Shown here in pieces: positions 1-8,439 of a stretch of DNA of 64,000 bases. The stretch spans positions 23,963 through 87,962 of the forward strand of contig JAJDXO010000057.1 in assembly GCA_022823235.1 (NCBI GenBank), read 5' to 3'. A program made the position numbers and the translations under genes. Each line of letters starts with the position of its first letter. Positions within the stretch are counted from its first letter, which is position 1. The DNA comes from Rhodospirillales bacterium (GTDB lineage: Bacteria > Pseudomonadota > Alphaproteobacteria > Rhodospirillales > UBA2165). The notes under the pieces were generated by a model, which saw nothing but the letters and a program-made list of their open reading frames with translations, did not search any database and was not told where the DNA came from.

Positions 1-70
1 CGCGCGGCCTCGGCGCACAGGCGGCGAATATCGTGAGAGCGTGAACCCCGTATTTTCGCAGGGACAGATG

Positions 71-110
71 TGACTTGGCGTGACTTGGCGTGACTTGGCG
101 TGATTTGGCG
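71..110. repeat. 10-bp tandem repeat (TGACTTGGCG x3 + TGATTTGGCG)
   Basis: Read directly from the sequence; lies just beyond the stop of the minus-strand ligase gene. Confidence 0.9.
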
Positions 111-132
111 CGCGGCCCAAGCTAGCCGGGAA

Positions 133-1404
133 TTATTTCTCCGACGATCGTTTGAGACTGAACGCCATTGCCATGGCGCAAATCCACAATGCGCTCTGCC
201 ACCAATTTTGCCACGCGCCATAGGCGGTGAACGCGACGACCGTGCCGGACACCAGCATGCCCAGAAACAGATCCCGCGCGATCGGCGTCGCCGTCATCCG
301 CCAGACCGAAATCACCAGCGCCGCGACCAGACCGGAAAAATACAGCAGGCCGGCCAAGCCCAATTCGAGCCAAATCTGGAGGGCCATGTTGTGAGGATGA
401 AGCGGGAGGGGGTGGACCAACCCTCGATAGACCATCTCGCCCCGCCGATGGATCTCGACAACGGACGGGTCAACCCGCGCCCCGAGCGCGCGGGATGCGT
501 CAAAACCATGGCCAAGCAATGGCCGGTCCTGAATCAAGTCGCTGGTCGCATCCCAAATGAGCAGCCGGTGATAGGCGGAACCCGACAACTTCGGCAACTC
601 ATCAAAATGGCGCTGCAACGGAGAGAACGAAATCATCAGCAGCGGCGCCGCCACGACGGCCAGCACGACCAGTGCGGGAACGAAAGCCGGAACCCATCTC
701 CTCAACAATCCAGAAGCCAGGAAGGCGGCGCCCCCGATTGCGGCGGCGGTGACGCCGACGTCGGCTTCAGCCAGGCAAACGGCGGCGATCAACAGGCCCG
801 CCAAAAGGATCGTGGCGGCGACCCTGCCATCACGCACGGTCAGGCAAACCGCCGGCCAGGTCAGCAGCGCCAGCACCGTGATCCCGTTGTTGAGCAGACG
901 TTTCGGCGCGTCCCCGGTCAACTCGGCCGGACCACCGACGAGCCCTCGAAGGTTCAAACTGATCCAGGCACCCGTCAGCAGCTCGAATACGGCCAACAGC
1001 AGCGCCGCCAACACGCCAATGATCAAGAACCGCTCCAAGGTCGCGGCGCCCTCCCGGTCGAGGCCAAGGCCGGCGCGAACCAGAACAAGCCCCGCGAAAA
1101 ACACGGCGATTATCGAGGGTACCGTCCGCAGCGTCCTTGCGGGTTCTATTGCCCAGACGGCGCTGAGGGCGCAAAGGGCCGCAAACAGCAGCAAATAGAG
1201 CGCCCATCCGTCCAGCCGGCCCAAAAGAGGGCGCCGGGTAATCAGCGACTCCGCGATCACCCCCAGGGCAGCGGCCACCAACAGGACCGTCAGGCCCTTT
1301 GGCGCGAACAGGCCGACGGGTCCCGCGAGAAGGCAGGCCGCCGACAAGAAGGCGCTGCGGTCGGGAAATTTCGCCCCCGGGACGCGATAGGGTGGAAACC
1401 TCAT
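133..1404 (-). CDS. O-antigen ligase family (WaaL/Wzy_C) membrane protein
   Basis: Many hydrophobic helices; R-x-x-IW...PLLGHG and HPHNMALQIWLELGLAG motifs typical of O-antigen ligase-like proteins. Confidence 0.85.
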   Translation of the reverse strand: MRFPPYRVPGAKFPDRSAFLSAACLLAGPVGLFAPKGLTVLLVAAALGVIAESLITRRPLLGRLDGWALYLLLFAALCALSAVWAIEPARTLRTVPSIIAVFFAGLVLVRAGLGLDREGAATLERFLIIGVLAALLLAVFELLTGAWISLNLRGLVGGPAELTGDAPKRLLNNGITVLALLTWPAVCLTVRDGRVAATILLAGLLIAAVCLAEADVGVTAAAIGGAAFLASGLLRRWVPAFVPALVVLAVVAAPLLMISFSPLQRHFDELPKLSGSAYHRLLIWDATSDLIQDRPLLGHGFDASRALGARVDPSVVEIHRRGEMVYRGLVHPLPLHPHNMALQIWLELGLAGLLYFSGLVAALVISVWRMTATPIARDLFLGMLVSGTVVAFTAYGAWQNWWQSALWICAMAMAFSLKRSSEK

Positions 1405-1521
1405 GAAGACCTGCCCGAAACCAAAAGCCCGTCAAAGCGACCATTATGAGTACCGGCTGCCCGGCCTCGAACCGATGAACGTAAAAAATGAAGCAAGATC
1501 AAGCACTAATCTCCAATGGGA

Positions 1522-1564
1522 TTGACGTTCACCCTCTGAACAAGATATGGTTCACTAAATGAAC
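1522..1564 (+). promoter_or_regulatory. Putative sigma70 promoter overlapped by two GTTCA-N5-TGAAC inverted-repeat operators
   Basis: TTGACG at 1522-1527 and TATGGT at 1546-1551 (18-nt spacer); palindromes GTTCAccctcTGAAC at 1527-1541 and GTTCActaaaTGAAC at 1550-1564, just upstream of the MarR-type gene. Confidence 0.65.
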
Positions 1565-1588
1565 ACGATTTGACGTGGACTTGGTCCG

Positions 1589-2233
1589 GTGTCGCGCAAC
1601 CTAGACAACGAATCTCCGGAGAACACGACGGTCACCCTTGGGGTGCTGAGCGCCGTCAGCGACAACAGCCGCGTAACCCAGCGCATGCTGGCGAACGAGC
1701 TGGGCATCGCACTGGGTCTGGTCAACTCCTACCTCAAACGCTGCGTCCGGAAGGGTTACATCAAAGTCCGGCAGGTTCCCAAGAACAGGTTCGCGTATTA
1801 TCTGACTCCCGAGGGGTTCTACGAAAAGAGCCGTTTGACGGCCGAGTTCCTTTCGCAGTCGCTGAAATTCTACCGCATCGCCCGGAATCAATGCACCGAA
1901 CACCTCGAAGCCTGCGTCGCCAACGGCTGGCATTCGATCATCTTCGTCGGGTCGGGCGATCTTGCGGAAATCGCCGCCATCTGCGCCCAGAATTACCAGG
2001 TAGAGGTGCTTGGCGTGTTGTCCCCGGACGGAGCGGCAAGCGCCGTCCCCGGCCAGAAGGCCCTTTCGGATCTGGACGACCTGAAAAAGGCCGATGCGGT
2101 CATTTTTACCGATATGCAGGCCTCGCCCGATCTGCTGCGCGAGGTCGAGGCGCGGATTTCAAAGGCGCGAATATTCGTTCCCCCGATTTTGAATTTGCCG
2201 CTCGAGCAGATTCGCGGTCTGGACGGCGCCTAG
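1589..2233 (+). CDS. Winged-helix (MarR-type, EPS-associated) transcriptional regulator with C-terminal Rossmann-like domain
   Basis: TQRMLANELGIALGLVNSYLKRCVRKGYIK...YYLTPEGFYEKSRL signature, followed by a GSGDLAEIA segment. Confidence 0.85.
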   Translation: MSRNLDNESPENTTVTLGVLSAVSDNSRVTQRMLANELGIALGLVNSYLKRCVRKGYIKVRQVPKNRFAYYLTPEGFYEKSRLTAEFLSQSLKFYRIARNQCTEHLEACVANGWHSIIFVGSGDLAEIAAICAQNYQVEVLGVLSPDGAASAVPGQKALSDLDDLKKADAVIFTDMQASPDLLREVEARISKARIFVPPILNLPLEQIRGLDGA

Positions 2234-2235
2234 CG

Positions 2236-2739
2236 ATGTCCAATTGGTACGCCATCTTCACCCACGCCCGTGCCGAGCAAAAGGCGCTGTTCAATCTCGA
2301 GCGGCAGGGGTTTCAGTCGTTCTTTCCCAAATACCGCAAACGGCGGCGCCACGCCCGACGCGTCGAAACGGTCTCGGCTCCGCTTTTTCCGCGTTACGTT
2401 TTCGTTTGGCTGGATATCGACCGGCAGCCGTGGCGGTCGATCAATTCGACCTTGGGCGTTCACGGAATTGTTTGCCAGGGCGAGAAGCCCGCGCCGTTGC
2501 CGGAGGGAATTGTAGAGGAACTGATCTCCCGCCAGGACGAATCGGGCTGTGTCGGCCTAGGCGGCAACATGTCGATCGCCCGGGGGCGGCCCGTGGAGAT
2601 CACCGACGGTCCATTTGCCGACTGCGTCGCCATCGTCGACCGTTTGCTGGACGCGGACAGGCTGGTCGTACTGCTCGATCTCCTGGGGCGTCGGGTCAAG
2701 GTACAGGTTCAAGCCCGCGCGGTTATCGCCGCGGTTTGA
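2236..2739 (+). CDS. rfaH: RfaH/NusG-paralog transcription antitermination factor
   Basis: ATG at 2236 (MSNWYAIFT...); NGN-domain motifs NLERQGF, PLFPRYVF, WRSINSTLGV; C-terminal KOW (VEITDGPFAD...VLLDLLGR). The 1570 start in the ORF track is an upstream extension. Confidence 0.85.
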   Translation: MSNWYAIFTHARAEQKALFNLERQGFQSFFPKYRKRRRHARRVETVSAPLFPRYVFVWLDIDRQPWRSINSTLGVHGIVCQGEKPAPLPEGIVEELISRQDESGCVGLGGNMSIARGRPVEITDGPFADCVAIVDRLLDADRLVVLLDLLGRRVKVQVQARAVIAAV

Positions 2740-2754
2740 ACGTCACGCATCGGG

Positions 2755-2795
2755 CGCACTCCGGGTGAGCTTTTCACCCGGAGTGCGGTAGCGTG
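2755..2795 (+). promoter_or_regulatory. JUMPstart-like element: 14-bp perfect hairpin overlapping an ops pause site
   Basis: CGCACTCCGGGTGA (2755-2768) / TCACCCGGAGTGCG (2774-2787); GCGGTAGCGTG at 2785-2795 matches the ops consensus GGCGGTAGnnTG except for the first base; lies between rfaH and the first glycan gene. Confidence 0.8.
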
Positions 2796-2815
2796 GAAAA
2801 ATTCCCAGGCCAAAA

Positions 2816-3493
2816 ATGGATGCGGCGGTGAGTCAAAATCCCGATGTTTCGGTGATCATTCCGGTTCACAACCAGGAACGCTATGTACACCGATGTCTTC
2901 GTTCAATCCTCGACCAATCCCTCGACGCGGACGACTACGAGATTCTCGTCGTCGACGATGGAAGTACCGATCGAACCGCCCAGGCGCTTCAGATGTTCGA
3001 GGGGGACATCCGATTGATCCGACACCCGGAATGCCTGGGCCTGCCGGCGGCGCTAAATGCCGGAATACGGCATGCGCGCGGTCAGTTTGTCGTCCGGCTG
3101 GACGGCGACGACTACGTCCATCGGGAATATCTGAACGCGCTGATGCTGCATCTGCGGTTGAACCCCGGGATGGACGCCATCGCCTGCGACTACCTGACGG
3201 TGGATGACCACGAAAACGTACTCGGACACATTAACTGGCTGGATCGACCTATTGGATGCAGCATCATGTTCCGCTACGAACAGCTAATCGATATCGGCCT
3301 ATACGATGAAGATTTTCTGGCGCGGGAGGATGAAGACCTGAGGCTGAGGTTCATGGAGAAATACTCTATCGATCGGGTTGCCCTGCCGCTCTATCGTTAC
3401 CGCCGCCATGGTGGAAACATGACCAATGACGATGAGCAAATGGAAGCCTATTCCGAAGCACTGCTGAGGAAACACGGACGGGAGTCCCCATGA
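2816..3493 (+). CDS. Glycosyltransferase family 2
   Basis: VSVIIPVHN, VVDDGSTD, ALNAGI, RLDGDD, EDEDL motifs. Confidence 0.9.
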   Translation: MDAAVSQNPDVSVIIPVHNQERYVHRCLRSILDQSLDADDYEILVVDDGSTDRTAQALQMFEGDIRLIRHPECLGLPAALNAGIRHARGQFVVRLDGDDYVHREYLNALMLHLRLNPGMDAIACDYLTVDDHENVLGHINWLDRPIGCSIMFRYEQLIDIGLYDEDFLAREDEDLRLRFMEKYSIDRVALPLYRYRRHGGNMTNDDEQMEAYSEALLRKHGRESP

Positions 3494-4686
3494 CCATGGA
3501 CAAACCTTGGGCGGTGAAGTGGAGCGGCCGCGGTTCGCAATATACCGAGGAAGAAATCGACTATATCGTCGAAGCCATTCGCACGGCTGATCCGCTTACC
3601 CAAGGTCGGTATCTCGCCGACTTCGAGGAAAAATTCAAAGAATTTACCGGCGCAAGCCACGCTTTTGCGGTCGCCAACTGCACCTGCGCTCTGGAGCTCG
3701 CTGCAATTCTCTGCCGATTGACCTCGGACGATGAGGTTATTGTTCCGGCGCACACATTCGCGGCGACCGCGATACCCTTTGCACGGACCGGCGCAAAGAT
3801 TGTTTGGGCCGACATCGACCCGCGCACCCTGGTGGTCGATGCGGACGCAATTCAAAAATGCCTGAGCGCGCGAACCCGGGCGATCGTCGTCGTCCACCTT
3901 TACGGACTGGTCTGCGACATGGACCCCATTTTATCACTTGCCCGAGAACACGGCATACCTGTGATTGAGGATGCGGCGCAGGCGCTGGGGGCCACTTACA
4001 AGGGCACCCAGGCGGGAACAATGGGCGATTTCGGGTGCTATAGCTTTCAGACCCATAAGAACGTTTCAACGCTTGGCGAGGGCGGGGTTTTGTCGGTGCG
4101 GAGCCCCGATCTGGCGGCACTGGTGCCGGGCCTGCGCCACAACGGGATGCGCGCATACGAAGGTGACCGCCCGAACTACTGGCTTCCGGCGATGGGTGAT
4201 GTCGATTTCGACTGGGATGGCGTGTGGCCCTACAACTTCTGCATCGGCGAACCTCAGTGCGCCGCCGGCGTTCTTATGCTCGACCGGGTCGACGAGGTGA
4301 ATGCCCATCGCCGCGAAAAGGCGGAGAGATTTGAACGGGATCTCGGCGAGTATCCCGAACTGGTATTTCAAGCGACTCCACAGTACGGCGAATCGGCACG
4401 CTACTGTCTGCCCGCACGATATGACGGCACGAATACGAAAGGCAGCCGCAACGATTTCATGGACCGAATGGCCCACCATCACCGCGTAAACATGGTGGTT
4501 CAGTACCACCCGCTCTACCGCTATCCCATGTTTGAAAAGGCGGGTTTCGGTGACGCCGACTGCCCGCATACGGACTTTTTCTTCGACAATATGGTCTCGT
4601 TTCCATTCCACGAATGGATGCCCGCGAACGAGTACGAGTATCTCGTTTCCGCGGCCCAGGAAACCTGTGAGCACCTGCGTCGCTGA
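3490..4686 (+). CDS. DegT/DnrJ/EryC1/StrS PLP-dependent sugar aminotransferase
   Basis: DEVIVPAHTF, VVHLYG, EDAAQALGA, YSFQTHKNVSTLGEGG (catalytic Lys). Confidence 0.9.
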   Translation: MTMDKPWAVKWSGRGSQYTEEEIDYIVEAIRTADPLTQGRYLADFEEKFKEFTGASHAFAVANCTCALELAAILCRLTSDDEVIVPAHTFAATAIPFARTGAKIVWADIDPRTLVVDADAIQKCLSARTRAIVVVHLYGLVCDMDPILSLAREHGIPVIEDAAQALGATYKGTQAGTMGDFGCYSFQTHKNVSTLGEGGVLSVRSPDLAALVPGLRHNGMRAYEGDRPNYWLPAMGDVDFDWDGVWPYNFCIGEPQCAAGVLMLDRVDEVNAHRREKAERFERDLGEYPELVFQATPQYGESARYCLPARYDGTNTKGSRNDFMDRMAHHHRVNMVVQYHPLYRYPMFEKAGFGDADCPHTDFFFDNMVSFPFHEWMPANEYEYLVSAAQETCEHLRR

Positions 4687-5765
4687 TGGCAATCACCAAA
4701 ACAGTCGGTGAGTACGTTTTCGGCTCCGGGTCGTTTGAGCAACTTGCCGACCTGCTGCGGCCCCGCCGGGAAATCGAGGGCGCGCCGGTCGTGTTTCTTC
4801 TGGACCATTTCTTCGCCGGCAGCGGTCTGATGTCGCGACTTCCGGCCGAGGATGACGACCAGATACTCATGGTCGACACGACCGATGAACCGACAACCGA
4901 TTCGGTTGATGGTTTCACGTTACGGGTGCGGGAGACATGCGACCGTGAACCCGCGGCTGTCGTCGCCATCGGCGGCGGGTCTACCTTGGATACCGGAAAG
5001 GCGGTATCGAATCTACTTACAAATCCCGGCCAAGCCGCGGATTACCAAGGCTGGGACCTACTCCGGCATCGCGGCGTTTTCAAGATCGGCGTCCCGACTA
5101 TTTCGGGAACAGGCGCCGAGGCGTCCCGCACCTGCGTCATGCTCAATGCGGAAAAGAACATCAAGCTGGGGATGATCAGCGAGTTTTCGATCTTCGACCA
5201 GTTGCTGCTCGACCCCGACCTGACGTCAACGGTCCCGCGGGAGCAATTCTTTCATACCGCCATGGACACCTATATCCACTGCGTCGAGTCGCTGGGCGGA
5301 CGCTTTCGGCATCCGGTCGCAGACTCCTTTTCAAAGGAGGCGCTGCGGCTATGCCGAGAGAGCCTGTTGGAAGACGACATGCAATCGCCGGGCAGCCGCG
5401 AGAAATTAATGGTGGCCTCCTATCTCGGCGGGTCGGCGATCGGCAACAGTTTCGTCGGCGTTGTGCATCCGGTGTCTGCGGGCTTGAGCATGGTCTTCCA
5501 TACCCACCATTGCATAGGCAACTGTATCGCTCTCAACGGGCTTGACGAGTTTTACCCCGAAGAGGCCGCCGAGTTTCGTCGAATGCGGGACGTCCAGAAC
5601 ATCCCGCCGCCGCCCAAGGTTTGTACCGGCGTGACGGAAGACCAATTGGTCCAGCTATATGATGCGACTATCGTTCACGCCAAGCCGCTCGCCAATGCGC
5701 TTGGAGACCGATTTGCCGACATTTTGAATTTCGACAAGGCAGCCTCAATTTTTCGTCAGTTATGA
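4686..5765 (+). CDS. kdnB: Iron-type alcohol dehydrogenase, KdnB-like (Kdo 8-oxidase family)
   Basis: GGGSTLDTGKAVS, LTNPG..ADYQGWDL, PTISGTGAEASRT, MDTYIHCVESL, HHCIGNCIA..EFYPE: closely resembles KdnB as I recall it. Confidence 0.75.
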   Translation: MAITKTVGEYVFGSGSFEQLADLLRPRREIEGAPVVFLLDHFFAGSGLMSRLPAEDDDQILMVDTTDEPTTDSVDGFTLRVRETCDREPAAVVAIGGGSTLDTGKAVSNLLTNPGQAADYQGWDLLRHRGVFKIGVPTISGTGAEASRTCVMLNAEKNIKLGMISEFSIFDQLLLDPDLTSTVPREQFFHTAMDTYIHCVESLGGRFRHPVADSFSKEALRLCRESLLEDDMQSPGSREKLMVASYLGGSAIGNSFVGVVHPVSAGLSMVFHTHHCIGNCIALNGLDEFYPEEAAEFRRMRDVQNIPPPPKVCTGVTEDQLVQLYDATIVHAKPLANALGDRFADILNFDKAASIFRQL

Positions 5766-5779
5766 GAAGCCGCGACAGA

Positions 5780-6844
5780 ATGGAGATGACCATCGGCAGC
5801 ACGCCGATTAATTCCGAATCCGCCCCGTATGTGATCGCTGAGATCGGCGTGAACCACGAGGGATCCATTGAATTGGCGATGGAGCTGGTCGACCAGGCTT
5901 GGCGCGGAGGAGCCAACGCCGCGAAGTTTCAAACCTATAAGGCGGAGACGCTGGCATCGGTGAACAGTCCCGCATATTGGGACCTGCAGTCGGAACCCAC
6001 CACCAGCCAGTTCGAGCTCTTCAAGAAGTACGACGCCTTCTCCGAGGCGGAATACAAGGCGCTGGCGGAACACTGCAAAGCCCGGGGCATCGATTTCATG
6101 TCCACCCCTTTCGACCACCAAGCGGTTGATATGCTTGAACCGCTGGTCCCGGCATTCAAGATCGCGTCAGCGGACATCACTAATGTCCCCCTCCTCAGAC
6201 GGGTAGCCGCAACCGGCAAACCGGTCATCCTGTCGACGGGGGCTGCCGATCTTGATGAGATATCAGCCGCCGTGGAGGAATTGTCGCAAGGGGGCTGTGA
6301 GGCAGTCGCGCTGCTCCACTGCGTGCTTGAGTACCCCTGCCCTTACGAAGACGCCAATCTCGGCATGATCGACGGCCTGCGGCGGGCTTTTCCAGGGAAC
6401 ATTGTCGGCTATTCGGATCACACCCGTCCCGATCCGGCGATGATGATTCTTTCGGCCGCCTATCTCAAAGGCGCCAGAATTATCGAAAAGCATTTTACGC
6501 ACGATAAGACGCTCCCCGGTAACGACCACTATCACGCGATGAACGAGGCTGATTTGAGGAAATTCCTGAGCCAAGTCGCGCTTTTGTCCGAGGCGGAAGG
6601 TGCCGGTGAAATACGGTACTTGGAGAGCGAGGAATCGGCCCGCCTCAACGCAAGACGTTCGATCGTTTTGGCCCGGTCTCTGGACGCCGGCGAGTTGATC
6701 AATGAGTTATCCGTCATCTGCAAACGGCCGGGCACGGGAATCAGTCCGCGGCACTGGGACGAAGTTATCGGCATGACGACGGTTCGGCAATTGGAGGCCG
6801 ACCATGTGCTGCAATGGGAAGACCTTGCACCAGGACCGGAATAA
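5780..6844 (+). CDS. neuB: N-acetylneuraminate/nonulosonate synthase (NeuB family) with SAF domain
   Basis: IAEIGVNHEGS, KFQ, STPFD, KIASAD, GYSDHT, IEKHFT, C-terminal RRSI...KRPGTGISP. Start could be 5762, 5780 or 5786. Confidence 0.88.
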   Translation: MEMTIGSTPINSESAPYVIAEIGVNHEGSIELAMELVDQAWRGGANAAKFQTYKAETLASVNSPAYWDLQSEPTTSQFELFKKYDAFSEAEYKALAEHCKARGIDFMSTPFDHQAVDMLEPLVPAFKIASADITNVPLLRRVAATGKPVILSTGAADLDEISAAVEELSQGGCEAVALLHCVLEYPCPYEDANLGMIDGLRRAFPGNIVGYSDHTRPDPAMMILSAAYLKGARIIEKHFTHDKTLPGNDHYHAMNEADLRKFLSQVALLSEAEGAGEIRYLESEESARLNARRSIVLARSLDAGELINELSVICKRPGTGISPRHWDEVIGMTTVRQLEADHVLQWEDLAPGPE

Positions 6845-7554
6845 TGGCGGACTCTGAGTTCCGTCCCGCCGTGGCCCTGGTTCAAGCCCGGATGGGATCG
6901 TCAAGATTTCCCGGCAAGATGATGGCGGATCTTTGCGGCTATCCGGTCGTTCGTTGGGTGTTGGAGCGTTGCCGCGGAGCCGCCGAACTTGACGAGGTGG
7001 TCCTGTGTACGACGCTGTCGGCCCGGGACGACGTCCTGGAAGCTGTCGCCGCTGATCTTTCGATTGATACCTACCGCGGCTCGGAGCACGACGTCCTCGG
7101 CAGATTTACCGAGGCCGCCAGAGCCCATGAAGCGAAGACAATAGTCAGAGTGTGCGCCGACAATCCCTTGGTTGCACCGGAAGCGATAGACCGGGTAGTT
7201 GCCGTTTTCGAGAATTCCGAGGCCGACTACGCGTTCAACCACGTCCCGCGAATGGGAGCGGACTTCGCTGACGGGCTGGGCGCCGAAGTGTTTTCCCGTC
7301 ATCTCCTGGAGGAAATGAACGAGAAGGCGCGATCCGCCGACGAGAGAGAGCACGTAACTCCCTACGTCTGGAAAAACGCCGACAGCTTCGCGCTGCTTGT
7401 CGTCGACTTTCCCGCCGACTGGAACTGCAATCAAATCAATGAATCACTCGATGTCGATGTGCCGGACGATTTGGCGCGACTCTCGGAGATATGCTCCGGC
7501 CTGTCGCTCGACGCCACAATCCCTCAGATCGTTGCGCGTTGCAATCAGATCTAA
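6844..7554 (+). CDS. SpsF-like cytidylyltransferase
   Basis: VQARMGSSRFPGK, RGSEHDVLGRF, VRVCADNPL, REHVT, LDVDVPDD; ATG overlaps the neuB stop. Confidence 0.85.
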   Translation: MADSEFRPAVALVQARMGSSRFPGKMMADLCGYPVVRWVLERCRGAAELDEVVLCTTLSARDDVLEAVAADLSIDTYRGSEHDVLGRFTEAARAHEAKTIVRVCADNPLVAPEAIDRVVAVFENSEADYAFNHVPRMGADFADGLGAEVFSRHLLEEMNEKARSADEREHVTPYVWKNADSFALLVVDFPADWNCNQINESLDVDVPDDLARLSEICSGLSLDATIPQIVARCNQI

Positions 7555-7632
7555 CCGCCTCGACGATCTGGCCAACGTCAGGTCAATCCGCGGATTGCCA
7601 TTCACCAGCCGCCAATTGAAGCAGAGACCTAG

Positions 7633-8313
7633 TTGAAGGACCCTCGCTCCAAACCGAAGCGATACCAGGATTTTGTGATTCGGGAGGGCCGGCTCGTGGG
7701 AGAATTCGAGGACATGTACCGGGCCTGCGAAGATCCCTGGCACCAAATGGCCGAACTTCCGTTCATGTCCGATAAGGCGGCGAGCATAAGCCTATTGCGG
7801 CGCTTAGGTGGTGTCTTCGGAGCAAATCGGGTCGTGGAGATTGGCTGCGGCCTCGGCGGCCTGACCCAGCTGGTGGCCAACGAAGGCTTCGAAGCGATCG
7901 GCTTGGACGTCTCCGAGACGGCGGTCGAGGGCGCCAAGGAGAGGTTCCCCGGGGTCGACTTCCGCCTCGGCGGCGTGGAGGACGAAAACCTGCTGCGAAA
8001 CCTCGAACCGGACGTCATCCTAATGGCTGACGTCACCTGGTACATTCTCGACCACCTCGGGCGCTTCCTTGAGTTTCTGCGCACCGACCTGAATTCCGTA
8101 TTCCTCCTTCACAATCTGCAGACCTATCCGACCGGCGTGCAGACTTATGGCCGCGAATACTTCACCGACCTAAAGGGCATGATGGAGTATTTCGACATGC
8201 ACTACCTGGAGTGGGGAGAGGTCATTCGCGCCGATGGCTACGGCCGGGCCTTCTTTCTGGCGAGCCATGAACCGTCCTACATCGAAAAATGGTGCGGCAA
8301 TGCCGACGACTAG
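7633..8313 (+). CDS. Class I SAM-dependent methyltransferase
   Basis: VVEIGCGLG motif I and GLDVSETAV. Confidence 0.8.
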   Translation: MKDPRSKPKRYQDFVIREGRLVGEFEDMYRACEDPWHQMAELPFMSDKAASISLLRRLGGVFGANRVVEIGCGLGGLTQLVANEGFEAIGLDVSETAVEGAKERFPGVDFRLGGVEDENLLRNLEPDVILMADVTWYILDHLGRFLEFLRTDLNSVFLLHNLQTYPTGVQTYGREYFTDLKGMMEYFDMHYLEWGEVIRADGYGRAFFLASHEPSYIEKWCGNADD

Positions 8314-8348
8314 GGTCTGTACTCGACTAGGGGATTCCCGTTTTTGCG

Positions 8349-8390
8349 CCCCTCACCTTGCCCCTCTCCCCCTGAAAGGGGGACGAGGGG
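8349..8390. repeat. Palindromic REP-like intergenic element (CCCCTCACC..CCCTCTCCCC-loop-GGGG..GAGGGG)
   Basis: Hairpin at 8361-8390; same type as the copies at 48453-48650. Confidence 0.65.
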
Positions 8391-8439
8391 CCTTGTGCCG
8401 CGACGCTTGCATCGACGACCAACACGGAAACCGCCCGTA

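Noticed and set aside
71-110. CRISPR array
   Set aside because: 10-bp units with no spacers, and no cas genes.
100-1449. 449-aa plus-strand ORF
   Set aside because: Antisense shadow of the ligase gene; no motifs; expected in GC-rich DNA.
1527-1564. LexA/SOS box
   Set aside because: The alphaproteobacterial LexA site is a direct repeat (GTTC-N7-GTTC) and the Gram-positive one is GAAC-N4-GTTC; these are GTTC-N7-GAAC inverted repeats.
1570-2235. Apparent long N-terminal extension of RfaH overlapping marR
   Set aside because: Arg/Pro-rich off-frame read; the NGN domain starts at ATG 2236, just after the marR stop.
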